Source: an uncultured Chloroflexia bacterium
GTDB lineage: Bacteria > Chloroflexota > Limnocylindria > Limnocylindrales > CSP1-4
DNA: 64,000 nt
Assembly (NCBI GenBank): GCA_963810725.1
Contig: CAWEOO010000004.1
Coordinates: 1,840 to 65,839 of the forward strand
Direction of reading: 5' to 3'
In this document: positions 19,479-30,424 of the stretch, one piece after another
How the letters are laid out: every line of letters starts with the position of its first letter
Position numbering within the stretch: the stretch's first letter is position 1
Program-made: the position numbers and the translations under genes
Notes under the pieces: generated by a model
The model's input: only the letters and a program-made list of their open reading frames with translations
The model's database searches: none
Told to the model about the DNA's origin: nothing

Positions 19479-21869
19479 CTAGGACAGGCCTTTCTCGTGC
19501 AGGATGGCCCAGACCTTCTGGGGCGTGATCGGGATGTCGATGTTGCGGACACCGAGGTGCCACAACGCGTCGACGACCGCGTTGGCGATCGCCGGTGGAG
19601 CGCCGACCGTGGCTGATTCACCGACGCCCTTCGCCCCGATCGGGTGATGCGGCGACGGCGTCACCGTCTTGGCCACCTCCCAGGCCGGCGTCTCCATGGC
19701 CGTCGGCACGAGGTAGTCCATGAACGTGCCGGCCATGTTGTTGCCCAGCTCGTCGTAGGTGATCTCCTCGTACAGCGCCGGCGCAAGGCCCATCGTCAGG
19801 CCGCCATGAATTTGTCCGTCGACGATCATCGGGTTGATGATGTTGCCGCAGTCATCGACGGCCACGAACCGGCGGATGTTGACTCGGCCCGTCCCCTTGT
19901 CGATGTCGACGACGCAGATGTACGACCCGAACGGGAACGTCAGGTTCGGCGGGTCGTAGTAGTTGACCGCCTCGAGCCCGGCCTCCATCCCCTGCGGGTG
20001 GTTGGTGTACGCGGCGAAGGCGATCTCCTGAATGGTCTTGAACCGGTCCGGCGATCCCTTCACGCTGAACTTGCCGGGCTCCCAGTCGAGATCCTCCTCC
20101 GACACCTCCATCAGGTGCGCGGCGAGCGTGCGGGCCTTGGCCTGGATCTTGCGCGCGGCCATCGCGGCCGCGGCACCCGCCACCGGCGTGGACCGCGACG
20201 CATACGTGCCCAGACCGTAGGGCGCCGTGTCCGTGTCGCCGTACTCGATCTTGATGTCCTGCACCGGGAAGCCCAGCTCCTCCGCGATGATCTGGGCGAA
20301 CGTGGTCTCGTGGCCCTGGCCCTGAGTCTGCACGCCGATGCGGGCGAGGACCTTGCCCGTCGGATGCACCCGAATCTCGCACGAATCGAACATCTTGAGC
20401 CCGAGGATGTCGAAGTCGTGCGACGGCCCGGCCCCGACGATCTCGGTGAAGGAGCTGATGCCGATGCCCATGAGTTCGCCGCGTTCGCGCTTCTCGGCCT
20501 GCTCCTTGCGCAGCCCGGCGTAGTCGATCATGTCCATGGCCTTCTGGAGCGCCGGGCCGTAGTCGCCCGAGTCGTACTCCCAGCCGGTCGGGGTCTTGTA
20601 CGGGAACTGGTCCTTGCGGATGAAGTTCTCCATCCGCAGCTGGGCCGGGTCCTTGCCGATGTCGTGGGCGAGGATGTCGACCATCCGCTCGATGGCGTGG
20701 ACGGCCTCGGTCACCCGGAATGAGCAGCGGTAGGCCACGCCGCCCGGTGGCTTGTTCGTGTAGACGCCATCGACTTCGACGAACGCATTATCGAAGTCGT
20801 ACGAGCCGGTGATCACGTTGAAGAGGCCGGCCGGGAACTTGGACGGGTCGGCGGCGGCATCCGAGTACCCGTGATCGGCGATCGTTTTCACCTTCAGGGC
20901 GGTGATCCGGCCTTCCTTCGTCGCCCCCATCTCGGCATGGATGTGGTAATCGCGGGCGAACGAGTCCGCCTGCAGGTTCTCGCTACGATCTTCGATCCAC
21001 TTGACCGGCTTGCCGATCAGGAACGAGGCAGCGACGGCCAGGACATAGCCCGGGTACACGGGCACCTTGCCCCCGAAGCCACCGCCGATGTCGTGCGTCT
21101 TGACCCGGATGTTCTGCTCGTAGATGGGCAGGCCGGCGCCACCGGCAACGAGGGCGAGCACCGTCCGGATGGCGTGCGGTGCCTGGCTGGTCATGTGCAG
21201 CGTGAGCTGCTGGCGGACGGGGTCCCAATCCGCGACGCAGCCGCACGTCTCGATCGATGCGACATGGATGCGTGGGATGTAGATGTCCTGCTCGACCCGC
21301 ACGTCGGCCGCCGTGAGCGCCGCGTCGGCCTTGGCCGCATCGCCCGATTCCCAGTGCCAGATGCGGTTGTTGGCTTTCTCCGGGCCACGGTCGGGCCGGA
21401 GCACGAACGCATCGGGTTCGAGGGCCTTGTGCGGGTCGACGATGACCGGCAGCGGCTCGTAGTCGACGAGGACGGCGGCGACGCCGTCGGCGGCGGCATA
21501 CCGGGAGGTGGCGATGACCGCCGCGACCTCCTGCGATTGGTACATGACGGTGTCCACCGGGAGCACCATCTGCATGTCGCCCGCGAGGGTCGGCATCCAG
21601 TGGAGCTTGTAGCCCTCCAGGTCCTTGCCGGTGACCACCGCGGCGACACCCGGGACCTTCAGCGCCTCGGAGGCGTCGATCGACTTGATCGTCGCGTGGG
21701 CGTAGGGACTCCGCACGATGTCGAGCCAGAGCTGCCCCGGCAGATTGACGTCCTCGATGTACTCGCCGGCCCCGCGGATGAAGCGCGGGTCCTCCTTGCG
21801 CTTGACGGAATGGCCCATGCCTCCGATCTCGGGGGAGGTCCGCAGCTCGGCTTCGGTTTCGGTCGTCAT
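19479..21869 (-). CDS. coxL: Aerobic CO dehydrogenase large subunit, form I
   Basis: RKEDPRFIRG, GGGFGGK, active-site AYRCSFR (about 20715-20735), GQGHETT, GAKGVGES; M-S-L order. Confidence 0.95.
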   Translation of the reverse strand: MTTETEAELRTSPEIGGMGHSVKRKEDPRFIRGAGEYIEDVNLPGQLWLDIVRSPYAHATIKSIDASEALKVPGVAAVVTGKDLEGYKLHWMPTLAGDMQMVLPVDTVMYQSQEVAAVIATSRYAAADGVAAVLVDYEPLPVIVDPHKALEPDAFVLRPDRGPEKANNRIWHWESGDAAKADAALTAADVRVEQDIYIPRIHVASIETCGCVADWDPVRQQLTLHMTSQAPHAIRTVLALVAGGAGLPIYEQNIRVKTHDIGGGFGGKVPVYPGYVLAVAASFLIGKPVKWIEDRSENLQADSFARDYHIHAEMGATKEGRITALKVKTIADHGYSDAAADPSKFPAGLFNVITGSYDFDNAFVEVDGVYTNKPPGGVAYRCSFRVTEAVHAIERMVDILAHDIGKDPAQLRMENFIRKDQFPYKTPTGWEYDSGDYGPALQKAMDMIDYAGLRKEQAEKRERGELMGIGISSFTEIVGAGPSHDFDILGLKMFDSCEIRVHPTGKVLARIGVQTQGQGHETTFAQIIAEELGFPVQDIKIEYGDTDTAPYGLGTYASRSTPVAGAAAAMAARKIQAKARTLAAHLMEVSEEDLDWEPGKFSVKGSPDRFKTIQEIAFAAYTNHPQGMEAGLEAVNYYDPPNLTFPFGSYICVVDIDKGTGRVNIRRFVAVDDCGNIINPMIVDGQIHGGLTMGLAPALYEEITYDELGNNMAGTFMDYLVPTAMETPAWEVAKTVTPSPHHPIGAKGVGESATVGAPPAIANAVVDALWHLGVRNIDIPITPQKVWAILHEKGLS

Positions 21870-21882
21870 CGTCGTCGCTCCC

Positions 21883-22431
21883 TCAACCGGCCGCGGCCGG
21901 TTCGGCCGAGACTTCCTGACCGTCGACGGTCTCCGCGGCCACGACCGGCGCCGATTCGCTCTCGCGGAGCACTCCGGCGGCCTGCTGGATGGCCTTCACG
22001 ATGTTCACGTAGCCGGTGCAGCGGCAGAGGTTGCCGCTGATCCCCTCGCGGATCTCGGCCTCGGACGGGTCGGGGTTCTGGCCGAGGAGCCACTCCGCCT
22101 GCATGATCATGCCCGGGGTACAGAACCCGCACTGGAGACCGTGCTGGTCCCAGAACGCCTGCTGGAGCGGGTGGAGCGTCGCGCCATCGGCGATTTCTTC
22201 GATGGTCCGGATCTCACGGCCGTCGGCCTGGACGGCGAGCATCGTGCACGACTTGGCGCTCTGGCCGTCGACGTGGACGGTGCACGCGCCGCAGTTGCTG
22301 GTGTCGCATCCCACGTGGGTGCCGGTCAGCCCGAGGTTCTCTCGAAGGAGATGGACGAGGAGCAGGCGCGGCTCGACGTCGACTTCGTGGGTCTCGCCGT
22401 TAACGGTGATGCTGATGTGGTGCATCGTCAT
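21883..22431 (-). CDS. coxS: CO dehydrogenase small (2Fe-2S) subunit
   Basis: [25 protein letters not shown]. Confidence 0.95.
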   Translation of the reverse strand: MTMHHISITVNGETHEVDVEPRLLLVHLLRENLGLTGTHVGCDTSNCGACTVHVDGQSAKSCTMLAVQADGREIRTIEEIADGATLHPLQQAFWDQHGLQCGFCTPGMIMQAEWLLGQNPDPSEAEIREGISGNLCRCTGYVNIVKAIQQAAGVLRESESAPVVAAETVDGQEVSAEPAAAG

Positions 22432-22445
22432 CGTGGCCTCTCGAT

Positions 22446-23321
22446 CTACGAGTAGGACATGGCACGGCCGACGGCGCTGCGCAGCGACCGGACGGTCATC
22501 TCCGCGGCCATGGCGCGCTTGTATTCGATCGGTCCGCGGACGTCGCCGGCGGGTCTCGCCTGGGCGCCGGCCGCGTCACCGGCCCTGCGAAACAGCTCCT
22601 CCGACGGCGGTTCGCCTTGGAGGATCCCCTCCGCGTCCGTCGCCGCGAACGGGGTCTCGGCGACGGCCGTGAGACCGACGCCGGCGTTCTCGATGCGGCC
22701 GTCCGGCGCCAGCCCGATGACCACCGCCGATCCGACCGTGGCGAAGTCACCGACCTTGCGCTCGAGCTTCGTGTAGGCGCCGCCCGTGCCCTTCGGCCGG
22801 GCGCGGATGCGGATCTCGGTGAGCACCTCCGTGGGCTCGATCGCTGTCGCGAACGTGTCGAGGAAGAAGTCACGCGACTTGATCAGCCGCTCACCGGACT
22901 GGCCGCGGCAGACGATCGTGGCGTTGACCGCCAGGAGCATCGCCGGCCAGTCGCTGGCCGGGTCCGCGTGCGCGACCGAGCCACCGATCGTGCCCCAGTT
23001 GCGCACCTGTGGGTCGCCGATGACCCCGGTCAGGTCGATGAGGCCCGGGTAGTGGTCCTGGACGATCTCGTTGTCGTGGATCTGGCGGTGCGTGGCGCGG
23101 GCCCCGATGCGCAGCTCGTCGTCGGTCTCGGAGATGGCATCGAGTCCGGTGAGGTCGCGCATGTCCACGAGGAGGGCCGGCTGCGCGAGGCGGAGCTTGA
23201 TCAGCGGGATGAGGCTGTAGCCACCTGACAGTAGCTTCGCCTCGCCTTGGCGGTCCTTGAGGATCCGTAACGTCTCGTCCAGGGTTCCCGGACGGACGTA
23301 GTCGAACTGGGCCGGGATCAT
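22446..23321 (-). CDS. coxM: CO dehydrogenase medium (FAD) subunit
   Basis: [41 protein letters not shown]. Confidence 0.95.
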   Translation of the reverse strand: MIPAQFDYVRPGTLDETLRILKDRQGEAKLLSGGYSLIPLIKLRLAQPALLVDMRDLTGLDAISETDDELRIGARATHRQIHDNEIVQDHYPGLIDLTGVIGDPQVRNWGTIGGSVAHADPASDWPAMLLAVNATIVCRGQSGERLIKSRDFFLDTFATAIEPTEVLTEIRIRARPKGTGGAYTKLERKVGDFATVGSAVVIGLAPDGRIENAGVGLTAVAETPFAATDAEGILQGEPPSEELFRRAGDAAGAQARPAGDVRGPIEYKRAMAAEMTVRSLRSAVGRAMSYS

Positions 23322-23602
23322 CGCTCGCCTGCCTCCTCCCCCGCCGCGGCGGGGACTCCTCGGCCCGTCCGCCCTGGGCGGCCACCGAACGTTTGGCGAT
23401 GCAGGGCGACGGTCGAGCTGCGTCCCTCAGGCTCGATCGCGTCCGAAGTTGCGACGGTTGTCGCGAAAGTATCCGCCCGGTGTCGTTGGCACGTCAACGG
23501 AATTTCGCGGCCGGTCCCGCCGACGCACTCGATGCCGCATACGGCTCGGCCGCGCCCGGTCGAGCGCCTGGCGCGGAGCGCGGACCGGTCGAGCGGGCCC
23601 GC

Positions 23603-24373
23603 TCAGGCCACCGCCAGCGGCTCGCCAGTCTCGAGGAACGTCTTGAGGCCGGACACGATGTACACGATGCCGCCGGTGAACTCGGCCTCGACCTGGAGCC
23701 CGGCACGATGGCGGTCGTGACCACCAGACGGGTCGGGTCTTCCGCGCTCCTCACCGGGCTCGATCGCCCAGGTCATCCGAACGGGGCCCTCGCGCCTCGA
23801 TCTCGGGCGACCAGCGCGGATGGAACGACATCGCGACGCGCCGGCCCGGGTTCGATCTCGAGCACCTCGCCGTCGGCGGCGACCGAGCCGTCCGGATAGG
23901 TGTATGCGATCGGGGCGCCGGGCGCCCAGGTCGAGGCCACGCGCGTGCCGTAGTAGTAGCCGACGGTGTCGTCGCCATCGGTGATCGCGCGCCAGACCCG
24001 CTCGGGCGACGCCTTGATGTACACGGAGTAGACGTGATCGACGGGGTCCATCGGAGCCTCCAGCGTTCGTTTCAGGAAGGACATCGCCCCAACGACGGGC
24101 TCGGCGAACTTGCCGATCCATCGATCGTGGGCGAGGCGGATCGGCACCGGGTTGAGGAAGTGGCGCTTCTCGCGGCCGACCTTCTGGGTCGTCACGAGAT
24201 CGGCCGCCTCCAGCACGCCCAGGTGCTTCATGACCCCGAACCGCGTCATGCTCGGGCAGCGCCGCGCACAGCTCACCGAGCGTCTGGCCATCGCGCTCGA
24301 AGAGCCGGTCGAGGAGGACCCGCCGACCGGGATCAGCGAGTGCCCGAAAGATCGGGGCCATGTCGTCCGTCAC
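23603..24373 (-). CDS. ArsR-family regulator fused to SRPBCC/AHSA1 domain (frameshifted)
   Basis: FRALADPGRR..L, MTRFGVMKHL.VLE, GREKRHFLNPVPI; then YIKASPERVWRAIT...SGLKTFLETG. Confidence 0.85.
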   Translation of the reverse strand: MTDDMAPIFRALADPGRRVLLDRLFERDGQTLGELCAALPEHDAVRGHEAPGRAGGGRSRDDPEGRPREAPLPQPGADPPRPRSMDRQVRRARRWGDVLPETNAGGSDGPRRSRLLRVHQGVARAGLARDHRWRRHRRLLLRHARGLDLGARRPDRIHLSGRLGRRRRRGARDRTRAGASRCRSIRAGRPRSRREGPVRMTWAIEPGEERGRPDPSGGHDRHRAGLQVEAEFTGGIVYIVSGLKTFLETGEPLAVA

Positions 24374-24380
24374 GGCCGCG

Positions 24381-24410
24381 ATATTATGTGACTAAATAGT
24401 CACGTGTCAA
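24381..24410 (-). promoter_or_regulatory. Leaderless promoter with autoregulatory operator
   Basis: TTGACA-18 bp-TAATAT, 7 nt before GTG; perfect GTGACTA-AA-TAGTCAC palindrome at 24388-24403 in the spacer. Confidence 0.8.
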
Positions 24411-24451
24411 GCCGGTTGCGCGCTGGTTGCTTGCCTCGTCGCCCGGCGACT

Positions 24452-24991
24452 TCAGGGTGTCGGCGCCGGCTCGCACACCTGCCAGATGCCGTTCTGGCGG
24501 ACGACGCGAACGGTCTCGTCGACCGGCAGTTCGTAACGTCCGCTGCCGATCAGGTCGAGCACCTGGTCGAGCAGCGCCTGGTCGACCGGCTCGCCCCGGG
24601 CCGCGATGCCGGCGCGATAGGCGGCCTCGTACCGAGCTGGGTCGATGATCTCGACGAGGGTTCCCGACAATGACACCAGCGCCACGTCGCGGTCCCGCCG
24701 CTCCTCCACGACCGACAGGCCCGAGGCGTCAAACGTGATCAGCGCGAAGCCTTCCTCGAACGAGAGGCCGTCCACTGCTCCCGTGATGCCGCTGATGACG
24801 AACGGCATCTGGCCATCGCCTCGACGCTCGGGGCAGACATAGAGCGCCGCCGCGCTGAGGTCGTGCGCCACGGTGCTCGCCACCGCCCCACGCACGGCGT
24901 CGGCGGCCTCCGGGGATCCCGGGAGCAGCGAGCACGCTGCGATGGCGATCGCCAGGACTGCGGCCCCGCCAAGTCCCCTGAACGTTCCCAC
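24452..24991 (-). CDS. Hypothetical lipoprotein
   Basis: Signal peptide with lipobox AIAIAAC; C-terminal W..C typical of small NTF2-like lipoproteins. Confidence 0.55.
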   Translation of the reverse strand: MGTFRGLGGAAVLAIAIAACSLLPGSPEAADAVRGAVASTVAHDLSAAALYVCPERRGDGQMPFVISGITGAVDGLSFEEGFALITFDASGLSVVEERRDRDVALVSLSGTLVEIIDPARYEAAYRAGIAARGEPVDQALLDQVLDLIGSGRYELPVDETVRVVRQNGIWQVCEPAPTP

Positions 24992-25038
24992 GTCACCTCT
25001 CTGGGATCGATCGATCGTCGGAGGTCGTTCGCCCTCCA

Positions 25039-25611
25039 TCAAGCCGGCTGGCGCGCCACACGGTAGCGGAGGTAGACGACGCTCGAGTTAAACGTGCGGG
25101 TCTCGACGAGTTCGAGATCCACCCGGCGCTTGCGCTGCGGAAAGTACGGAATGCCTCCGCCGACCAGCACCGGGTAGACCACCACCCGGTACTCGTCGAT
25201 CAGATCCAGCGCAGCCGCCTCGGCGGCGAGCGTCGCGCCGCCGATCGCGATGTCACCCTCCCCCGGCTCGGCTCGCAAGCGCTCGATCTCCTCCGCGAGG
25301 CCGCCGGAGGCCAAGCGGGCAGCACCCTGCACCGCCGACAGCGTCGTGGAGAAGACCACCTTCGGGAGCGGGTTCCACAGCGCGGCCCACTCGAGCTCTG
25401 CGTCGTCGAGCGATCGATCCTGGTCGGCGGTCTCCCAGTACAGCATCGTCTCGTACAGCCGCCGTCCCAGCAGGTGGACGCCGACCTCTCGTATCTCGTC
25501 GATCCAGAAGCGAAAGACCTCCGCGTCGAAGCCCGGCCAGTCGAAGCCGCCGTCCGGCCCGACGATGTAGCCGTCCAGTGAGGCGTTCATAGAATAGGTC
25601 ACGCTGCGCAT
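25039..25611 (-). CDS. Dihydrofolate reductase/RibD C-terminal family protein
   Basis: SLDGYI, LLGRRLYE, PKVVFSTTL, GGATLA, LIDEY...PVLVGGG. Confidence 0.9.
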   Translation of the reverse strand: MRSVTYSMNASLDGYIVGPDGGFDWPGFDAEVFRFWIDEIREVGVHLLGRRLYETMLYWETADQDRSLDDAELEWAALWNPLPKVVFSTTLSAVQGAARLASGGLAEEIERLRAEPGEGDIAIGGATLAAEAAALDLIDEYRVVVYPVLVGGGIPYFPQRKRRVDLELVETRTFNSSVVYLRYRVARQPA

Positions 25612-25684
25612 CAGAAGTCCTCCTCGGTGACGCTTTCAGGGACGACGTGGACGGTGTGCTCGCGCCGGCCGGGCAAGCGCAGTC

Positions 25685-26161
25685 TCATCGCCGCGTCGTC
25701 GTCCGCCGCAAACGCAGGCTGGCCGCCAATGCGATCAGGCCGACGATCCCGACCAGGGGGGCGGTGAAGGGAGGCCAGAGGAACTCTTTCGCCGTTCCGA
25801 GTGGCGGTAGGAAGAGATCTGGGTTGTCGTCACCCGGAAAGACGTACATCCAGAGGATCGAAGCGCCGGCCGCCGCGACGATCATGAGCGCAAGCAGCGC
25901 AGCGACCGTGGCGAAGCGAGAGACGCCGTTGCGGCGGAGCCCATCGAGCCCGATCGCGGCCAGCCCGATACCGGCGAAGGCACTGACGACGCCGAACCCA
26001 AGGTCAAGCCCGGAATACTCCGAGATCGCCATGAGCATCCCGCCACACGGCGTCGACGGACAGGTGCCCCAGGTCCAGAAGGACAGGAGCACCGTCAGCA
26101 CGCCCGTCAGCAGCAGGGCCAGCGCCGCGCCCCGTGCGTCGATCGACTTCGCTTCGGTCAT
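25685..26161 (-). CDS. Hypothetical membrane protein
   Basis: Four hydrophobic segments, CPSTPC loop, basic C-terminus. Confidence 0.55.
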   Translation of the reverse strand: MTEAKSIDARGAALALLLTGVLTVLLSFWTWGTCPSTPCGGMLMAISEYSGLDLGFGVVSAFAGIGLAAIGLDGLRRNGVSRFATVAALLALMIVAAAGASILWMYVFPGDDNPDLFLPPLGTAKEFLWPPFTAPLVGIVGLIALAASLRLRRTTTRR

Positions 26162-26269
26162 TGCGCAAGTCTCCACGGCTGAGCAATGCGACGCTCGTTG
26201 CCGGCGTCTGGTCGCACGCAACTATCAAACGACCGTGCCTACCGATCCGGCGGCCCACGCGACGTCGCG

Positions 26270-27094
26270 CTACCGGAGGAGCCCCCGTCTCGCGTCCGCC
26301 AGCCCCTCCTCGTTCCCGGCATCGGTGTCGAAACCCGTCAGGTCGCGGCGCCGGATCCGATCCGAGAAATAGCACGCCTGCACCGCCCAGCGGAAGGCGA
26401 GGAACACGGCGGCGCCGGCGATCTCGTCGGACCTGATCGGGGCCGTCCGAGCGTACGCAGCCAGGACACGTTCGTCCGTGTAGAGCCAGGCGGAGGCGGC
26501 GTCGTAGAGGAGTGGCCCGTGGCATGCCGCGCCCCAATCGATCAATGCCACGCCATCCTCGCTGGCCAGGAACGCTTCCGGAGCCGGGTCGCCGTGCAGG
26601 ATCCCGTGGGTCACGGTCGGCGCGAGTCGGTCAGCCGCCTCGATCGCTTCGGTCGCGGCGGTTCGGAGGACCGGCTCGTCGATCAAGGTTGGGTCGATCC
26701 ACGTCCAGGGCCAGCGATCGAGCTCGGACGGAACGGGGGCTCCTACCAGGAGTGCGTGGGCACGGCCCAGCGTCTCGCCCAGCACGTCGACCGCTTCGCT
26801 GGAGGTGTCGAGACCACGTCCGTCGACGAACCGCAGCAGGGCGACCAGTCGATCGCCGCGAACTTCCATCCGCACCGGTCGGCCGGTCCGCAATCCTCGC
26901 TCGTCGAGCCATGCTGCGACGCGAAGGCCAGCTCCCTCGGACGCGTCGGCGACCTTGAGCACGTAGCGCTCCGTGCCGGACGAGACCATCCAGGACGACG
27001 AGTTCATCGCGACGAGCGCCGACCGCGTGGCTCCCTCGCCGAGCCATTCCTGGACCGCCCCGTCCGCGATCCGGTCGTCCGCGGACAGGCTCAC
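26270..27094 (-). CDS. APH/homoserine-kinase-type phosphotransferase
   Basis: YVLK, LGRAH, HGILHGDP, LIDWG. Confidence 0.8.
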   Translation of the reverse strand: MSLSADDRIADGAVQEWLGEGATRSALVAMNSSSWMVSSGTERYVLKVADASEGAGLRVAAWLDERGLRTGRPVRMEVRGDRLVALLRFVDGRGLDTSSEAVDVLGETLGRAHALLVGAPVPSELDRWPWTWIDPTLIDEPVLRTAATEAIEAADRLAPTVTHGILHGDPAPEAFLASEDGVALIDWGAACHGPLLYDAASAWLYTDERVLAAYARTAPIRSDEIAGAAVFLAFRWAVQACYFSDRIRRRDLTGFDTDAGNEEGLADARRGLLR

Positions 27095-27278
27095 GCCATC
27101 TCCATCCGCGGGCACGATGGCGCAAACGGGCGCACCGCGCAACGCTCCGACCGTCGGCGAGTCGATCCGGGCCGAACACGATCCATGGGCCGGTTGTGGC
27201 TACAATCCGGCGGCCCCGGACGACGTCCCCTAAGACGATGGTCCGCGGCGAGACGCTCTCGATGGAGGGGCCCCGACC

Positions 27279-28798
27279 GTGGATGCACCGGCCGCCCGGA
27301 TCGCCGAGCCGCGGGCCTGGTTCGACCGACAGCGCGGGCAGATCGAGGTCGTGGCCCTCGGCGCGATCCTCGTCGCGGTGGCGATCGCGGCCGCCTGGCT
27401 GATCGGGCAGGCGACCCCGCTGGGATGGGACGAGGCGGTGTACGCGTCGAGATCGCGGTCCCTGCTGACGGATGCGCCGTCATCGACGTGGGCGATCTAT
27501 CGCGCGCCGGGCCTGCCGGTGGTCGGGTTGATCGGCGGAGCGTTCGGGTTCACCGACGCCAACCTTCGCGCGGTGGCGCTGGCCATGAGCCTTGGCTCGC
27601 TGGCGATGGCGTGGGCCTTTGCGCGCACGCTGTGGGGTCCCCTCGCGGCGATCATCGCGCTGCTGACGATCGTCGGGTCGCCGGTGGTGATCGCGGAGCT
27701 CGTGCTGTTCCACACGGACCTTCCGGCGGCCGGCCTCCTGCTGGCCCTGATGCTGCTCGTCTGGCACGAGTTCGAGCGCCGCCCCGAGCCGGGCCGGCTT
27801 CTGCTCGTCGCGGCCCCACTCGCGGCGCTGGCCTTCTACGTCAGGTACGGATCCATCCTGCCGATCGGTGGCATCGCGATCGCCGCCGTGCTGCTCTGGC
27901 ACCGAGCGATGCTGCGCAACCCACGGCTCGTCGGCGCCACGATCGCTTTTCGCCGCCGTCCTGTTCGCGCCACACATCCTCGAGGCCATGAGCCGGACCG
28001 GATCGCCGCTCGGGATCATCACGAGCGCCGGCGAGCAGGTCGACACGTCGGAGCCGATCGAGACGGCGGTTCGGTATCTCGGGTGGCTACCGGCCCAGCT
28101 CGCCCACCGGCTCGGGTTCGCGGTGATGGTCGCGGGTGTCGTGCACGGCGCGATCGTCGTCCTGGACGCGATCCGACGGCGCGACCTGACGCCGGCCGCA
28201 CGTCGCTACCTCTGGTTGTACGTCCCGGCGGGCGTCACGATGTTCGGGCTCGTCCTGCAGTCGCACCCGGAGCAGCGCTACGTGCTGTTCCCTGTGATCC
28301 TCGCGATCATCGCAGGAGCCGGGGCGGTGTCGGCCGGGGTCGACTGGCTCCGGGACCGGCCCGGCCTGGCCGACCGGCAGCACGTCCTGGACGCGGCGAT
28401 CATCGGCGGACTGCTCGTCGTGGCGGTCGTCGCGGGCTCGGTCGGGGCGCGGCGCGTCGTCGCGATCGAACGAGAAAGCGACGATTCGCGGTGGCTGCCG
28501 GCCGTCGGCCAGCTGATCGATGGCGACGCCGAAGGCCAGTGCGCCGTGGTGACCTCGGTACCGCCGATCGTCGAGTGGTACTCGCGCTGCGCCGCCGACG
28601 CAGTTCAGCACCGCCGGGCGCGGACGGCCCTCGCAGACGGGAGCCATCAACGACCCGGCCTATGTCGTGTTCTCGGACATCGACGAACGCCGGGCTTCGC
28701 CCAAGACCATCGAGCGCTATCGAGCGCTTGTGGTGCCCCGGGCCGTCCCCCTGGACGGCGCGCCCGCCGAGGTCGAGGTCTACCGCCTCACACCGTGA
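27279..28798 (+). CDS. GT-C fold membrane glycosyltransferase (GT39/PMT-like; frameshifted)
   Basis: LGWDEAVY loop after TM1, RAPGLP, TD motif, EQRYVLFP; many TM helices; three frames. Confidence 0.75.
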
Positions 28799-28880
28799 AC
28801 GCAATTTCGTGCTGGACGGCAGGGAGTACAGTGGCTGCGGTCCCCGCCCTGTCTGCACGTCCAGCCACAGGGTGAATACC

Positions 28881-29760
28881 ATGCCTCGCTCACTCGCAGT
28901 CCTGCTCTCATGCGGGCTCCTGCTGCTCGGTTCGCTGGCCTTCGGCGGCGCGGCCGCCGCCGGCGACATCGCCCCACGACTACCTGTACGAACGGGGTGC
29001 CGGACACCGCCGGCCTCGGGGCGATCTGCGAAGTCACGATCGTAAACACGATCACACCGACCGGCGGTTCTGCGGTCGTGACCGTCCGTGAATGCCACGG
29101 CGCGGCCAATGACGCGGAAGCCGACTGTTCGGCGAGCGAGTCCGGGGTCCTCTTGGCGGAACCGGTCTCGGTCGTGAACACAGTGCAACAACGCGCTCAA
29201 TGGCGGCGGCGGCACGATGGAGTGCAGCGTCGACATCACCAACAACTTCGTCGGCGTCGACCCGGCCCCGGTGAACGACGCGACGGTCAACCAATGCAAC
29301 GGTTCGGGCGCCGGCCCGGGCGGTGACATCACGACCGGCTGCGATCCGTTCCCCGCGAATACGACCAACGCGACGATCACGCAGTGCAACGGATCGGCGA
29401 ATGGCCTGACCCTCGTCGAGATGACCTGCACCGCGTCCGGCACCACGTCCGCGCGTTCGTCGTGACCGTCAACCAGTGCAACGACTCCGTCAACGGTGGT
29501 GGCGCGTTGCTCATCTGCTCCGCGAACATCGAGAACAACGCCGTCGCCGCGGCCCCACACCGACGCCGACGGCGACCCCGTCCACGGGGGGCGGCTCGAC
29601 GCCCGCGCCTCCTGGAGCGACGCCACCCGCCACCGACGCAGCAGTCTCGGCCGAGCCAGACGGGTCGGGCACGGCGGCCGCCCTCGTGGGGCTCTTCCTG
29701 GTCTTCGCCAGTGCGTTGGTTGTGAGCCGACGACCGCAGCGCAGGAATCGGAGGTCGCTG
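28881..29760 (+). CDS. Secreted Cys-rich repeat protein with C-terminal anchor (frameshifted; end approximate)
   Basis: Signal peptide; four QCN(N/G/D) motifs; PTPT linker; TPPATD + TM helix + RRPQRRNRR tail. Confidence 0.65.
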
Positions 29761-29818
29761 ATCGAGCCCCGGAGGAAACTCGGTCGCCGCGCGCTCTTCG
29801 GCGCGGCCACCGAGCCCT

Positions 29819-30424
29819 TCAGTCGCGCCGTCGGAACTGCGGCGGGACCTCGTCCTGGGCCGCGTTCTCCGCGGCTTCGGCGATGCGGCGCGCGCGCGTC
29901 TCCGGGCGCTTGGCCTGGGAGATCCAGTCCAGGATGGCCCGGCGTCGCGACCTGTTGAAGGCGTCCCAGCGCTCATGGGCGGGCGGATTCGCGACCAGCG
30001 CCTCGGCAAGGTCGTCCGGCACGACGAGGTTCTCGACATCGTCCAGCCGTGTCCACGATCCGTTCCGCTTCGCCTCGTCGATCGCGTCGAGGCCGGCCGG
30101 CAGCATCAGCCCGGCCACGATCAGCCGCTCGACGCGGGCCTTGTTCGTGCGCGCCCAGCCGCTGGTCGGTCGGCGCGGCGAGAACCACTGGAGCCCTCGC
30201 TGCTCGTCGAGCCGACCGGCGACGGAATCGATCCAGCCGACGCACAGCGCCTCCTCGACGGCCTCCTCGTACGCGACGCTCGTGCGGCCGGACCCGCGGC
30301 GCCACGAGACGAGGTGCACGCCGCTCGACGTCGCGTGGTTTGCGACGAGCCACGCCCGCCACCCCGCGCGGTCGAACGGACCGGCCATCGGCCGGCCATC
30401 GGGCGCCAACTCGTCGTCGCTCAT
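29819..30424 (-). CDS. YdeI/OmpD-associated family protein
   Basis: WRAWL..NH, YEEAVEEALCVGWIDS, FSPRRPTSGW..TNK.RV, AKRPETRARRI. Confidence 0.9.
   Translation of the reverse strand: MSDDELAPDGRPMAGPFDRAGWRAWLVANHATSSGVHLVSWRRGSGRTSVAYEEAVEEALCVGWIDSVAGRLDEQRGLQWFSPRRPTSGWARTNKARVERLIVAGLMLPAGLDAIDEAKRNGSWTRLDDVENLVVPDDLAEALVANPPAHERWDAFNRSRRRAILDWISQAKRPETRARRIAEAAENAAQDEVPPQFRRRD

Noticed and set aside
23556-23597. CCGGTCGAGCG direct repeat downstream of the ArsR gene
   Set aside because: Only two short GC-rich copies; plausible by chance
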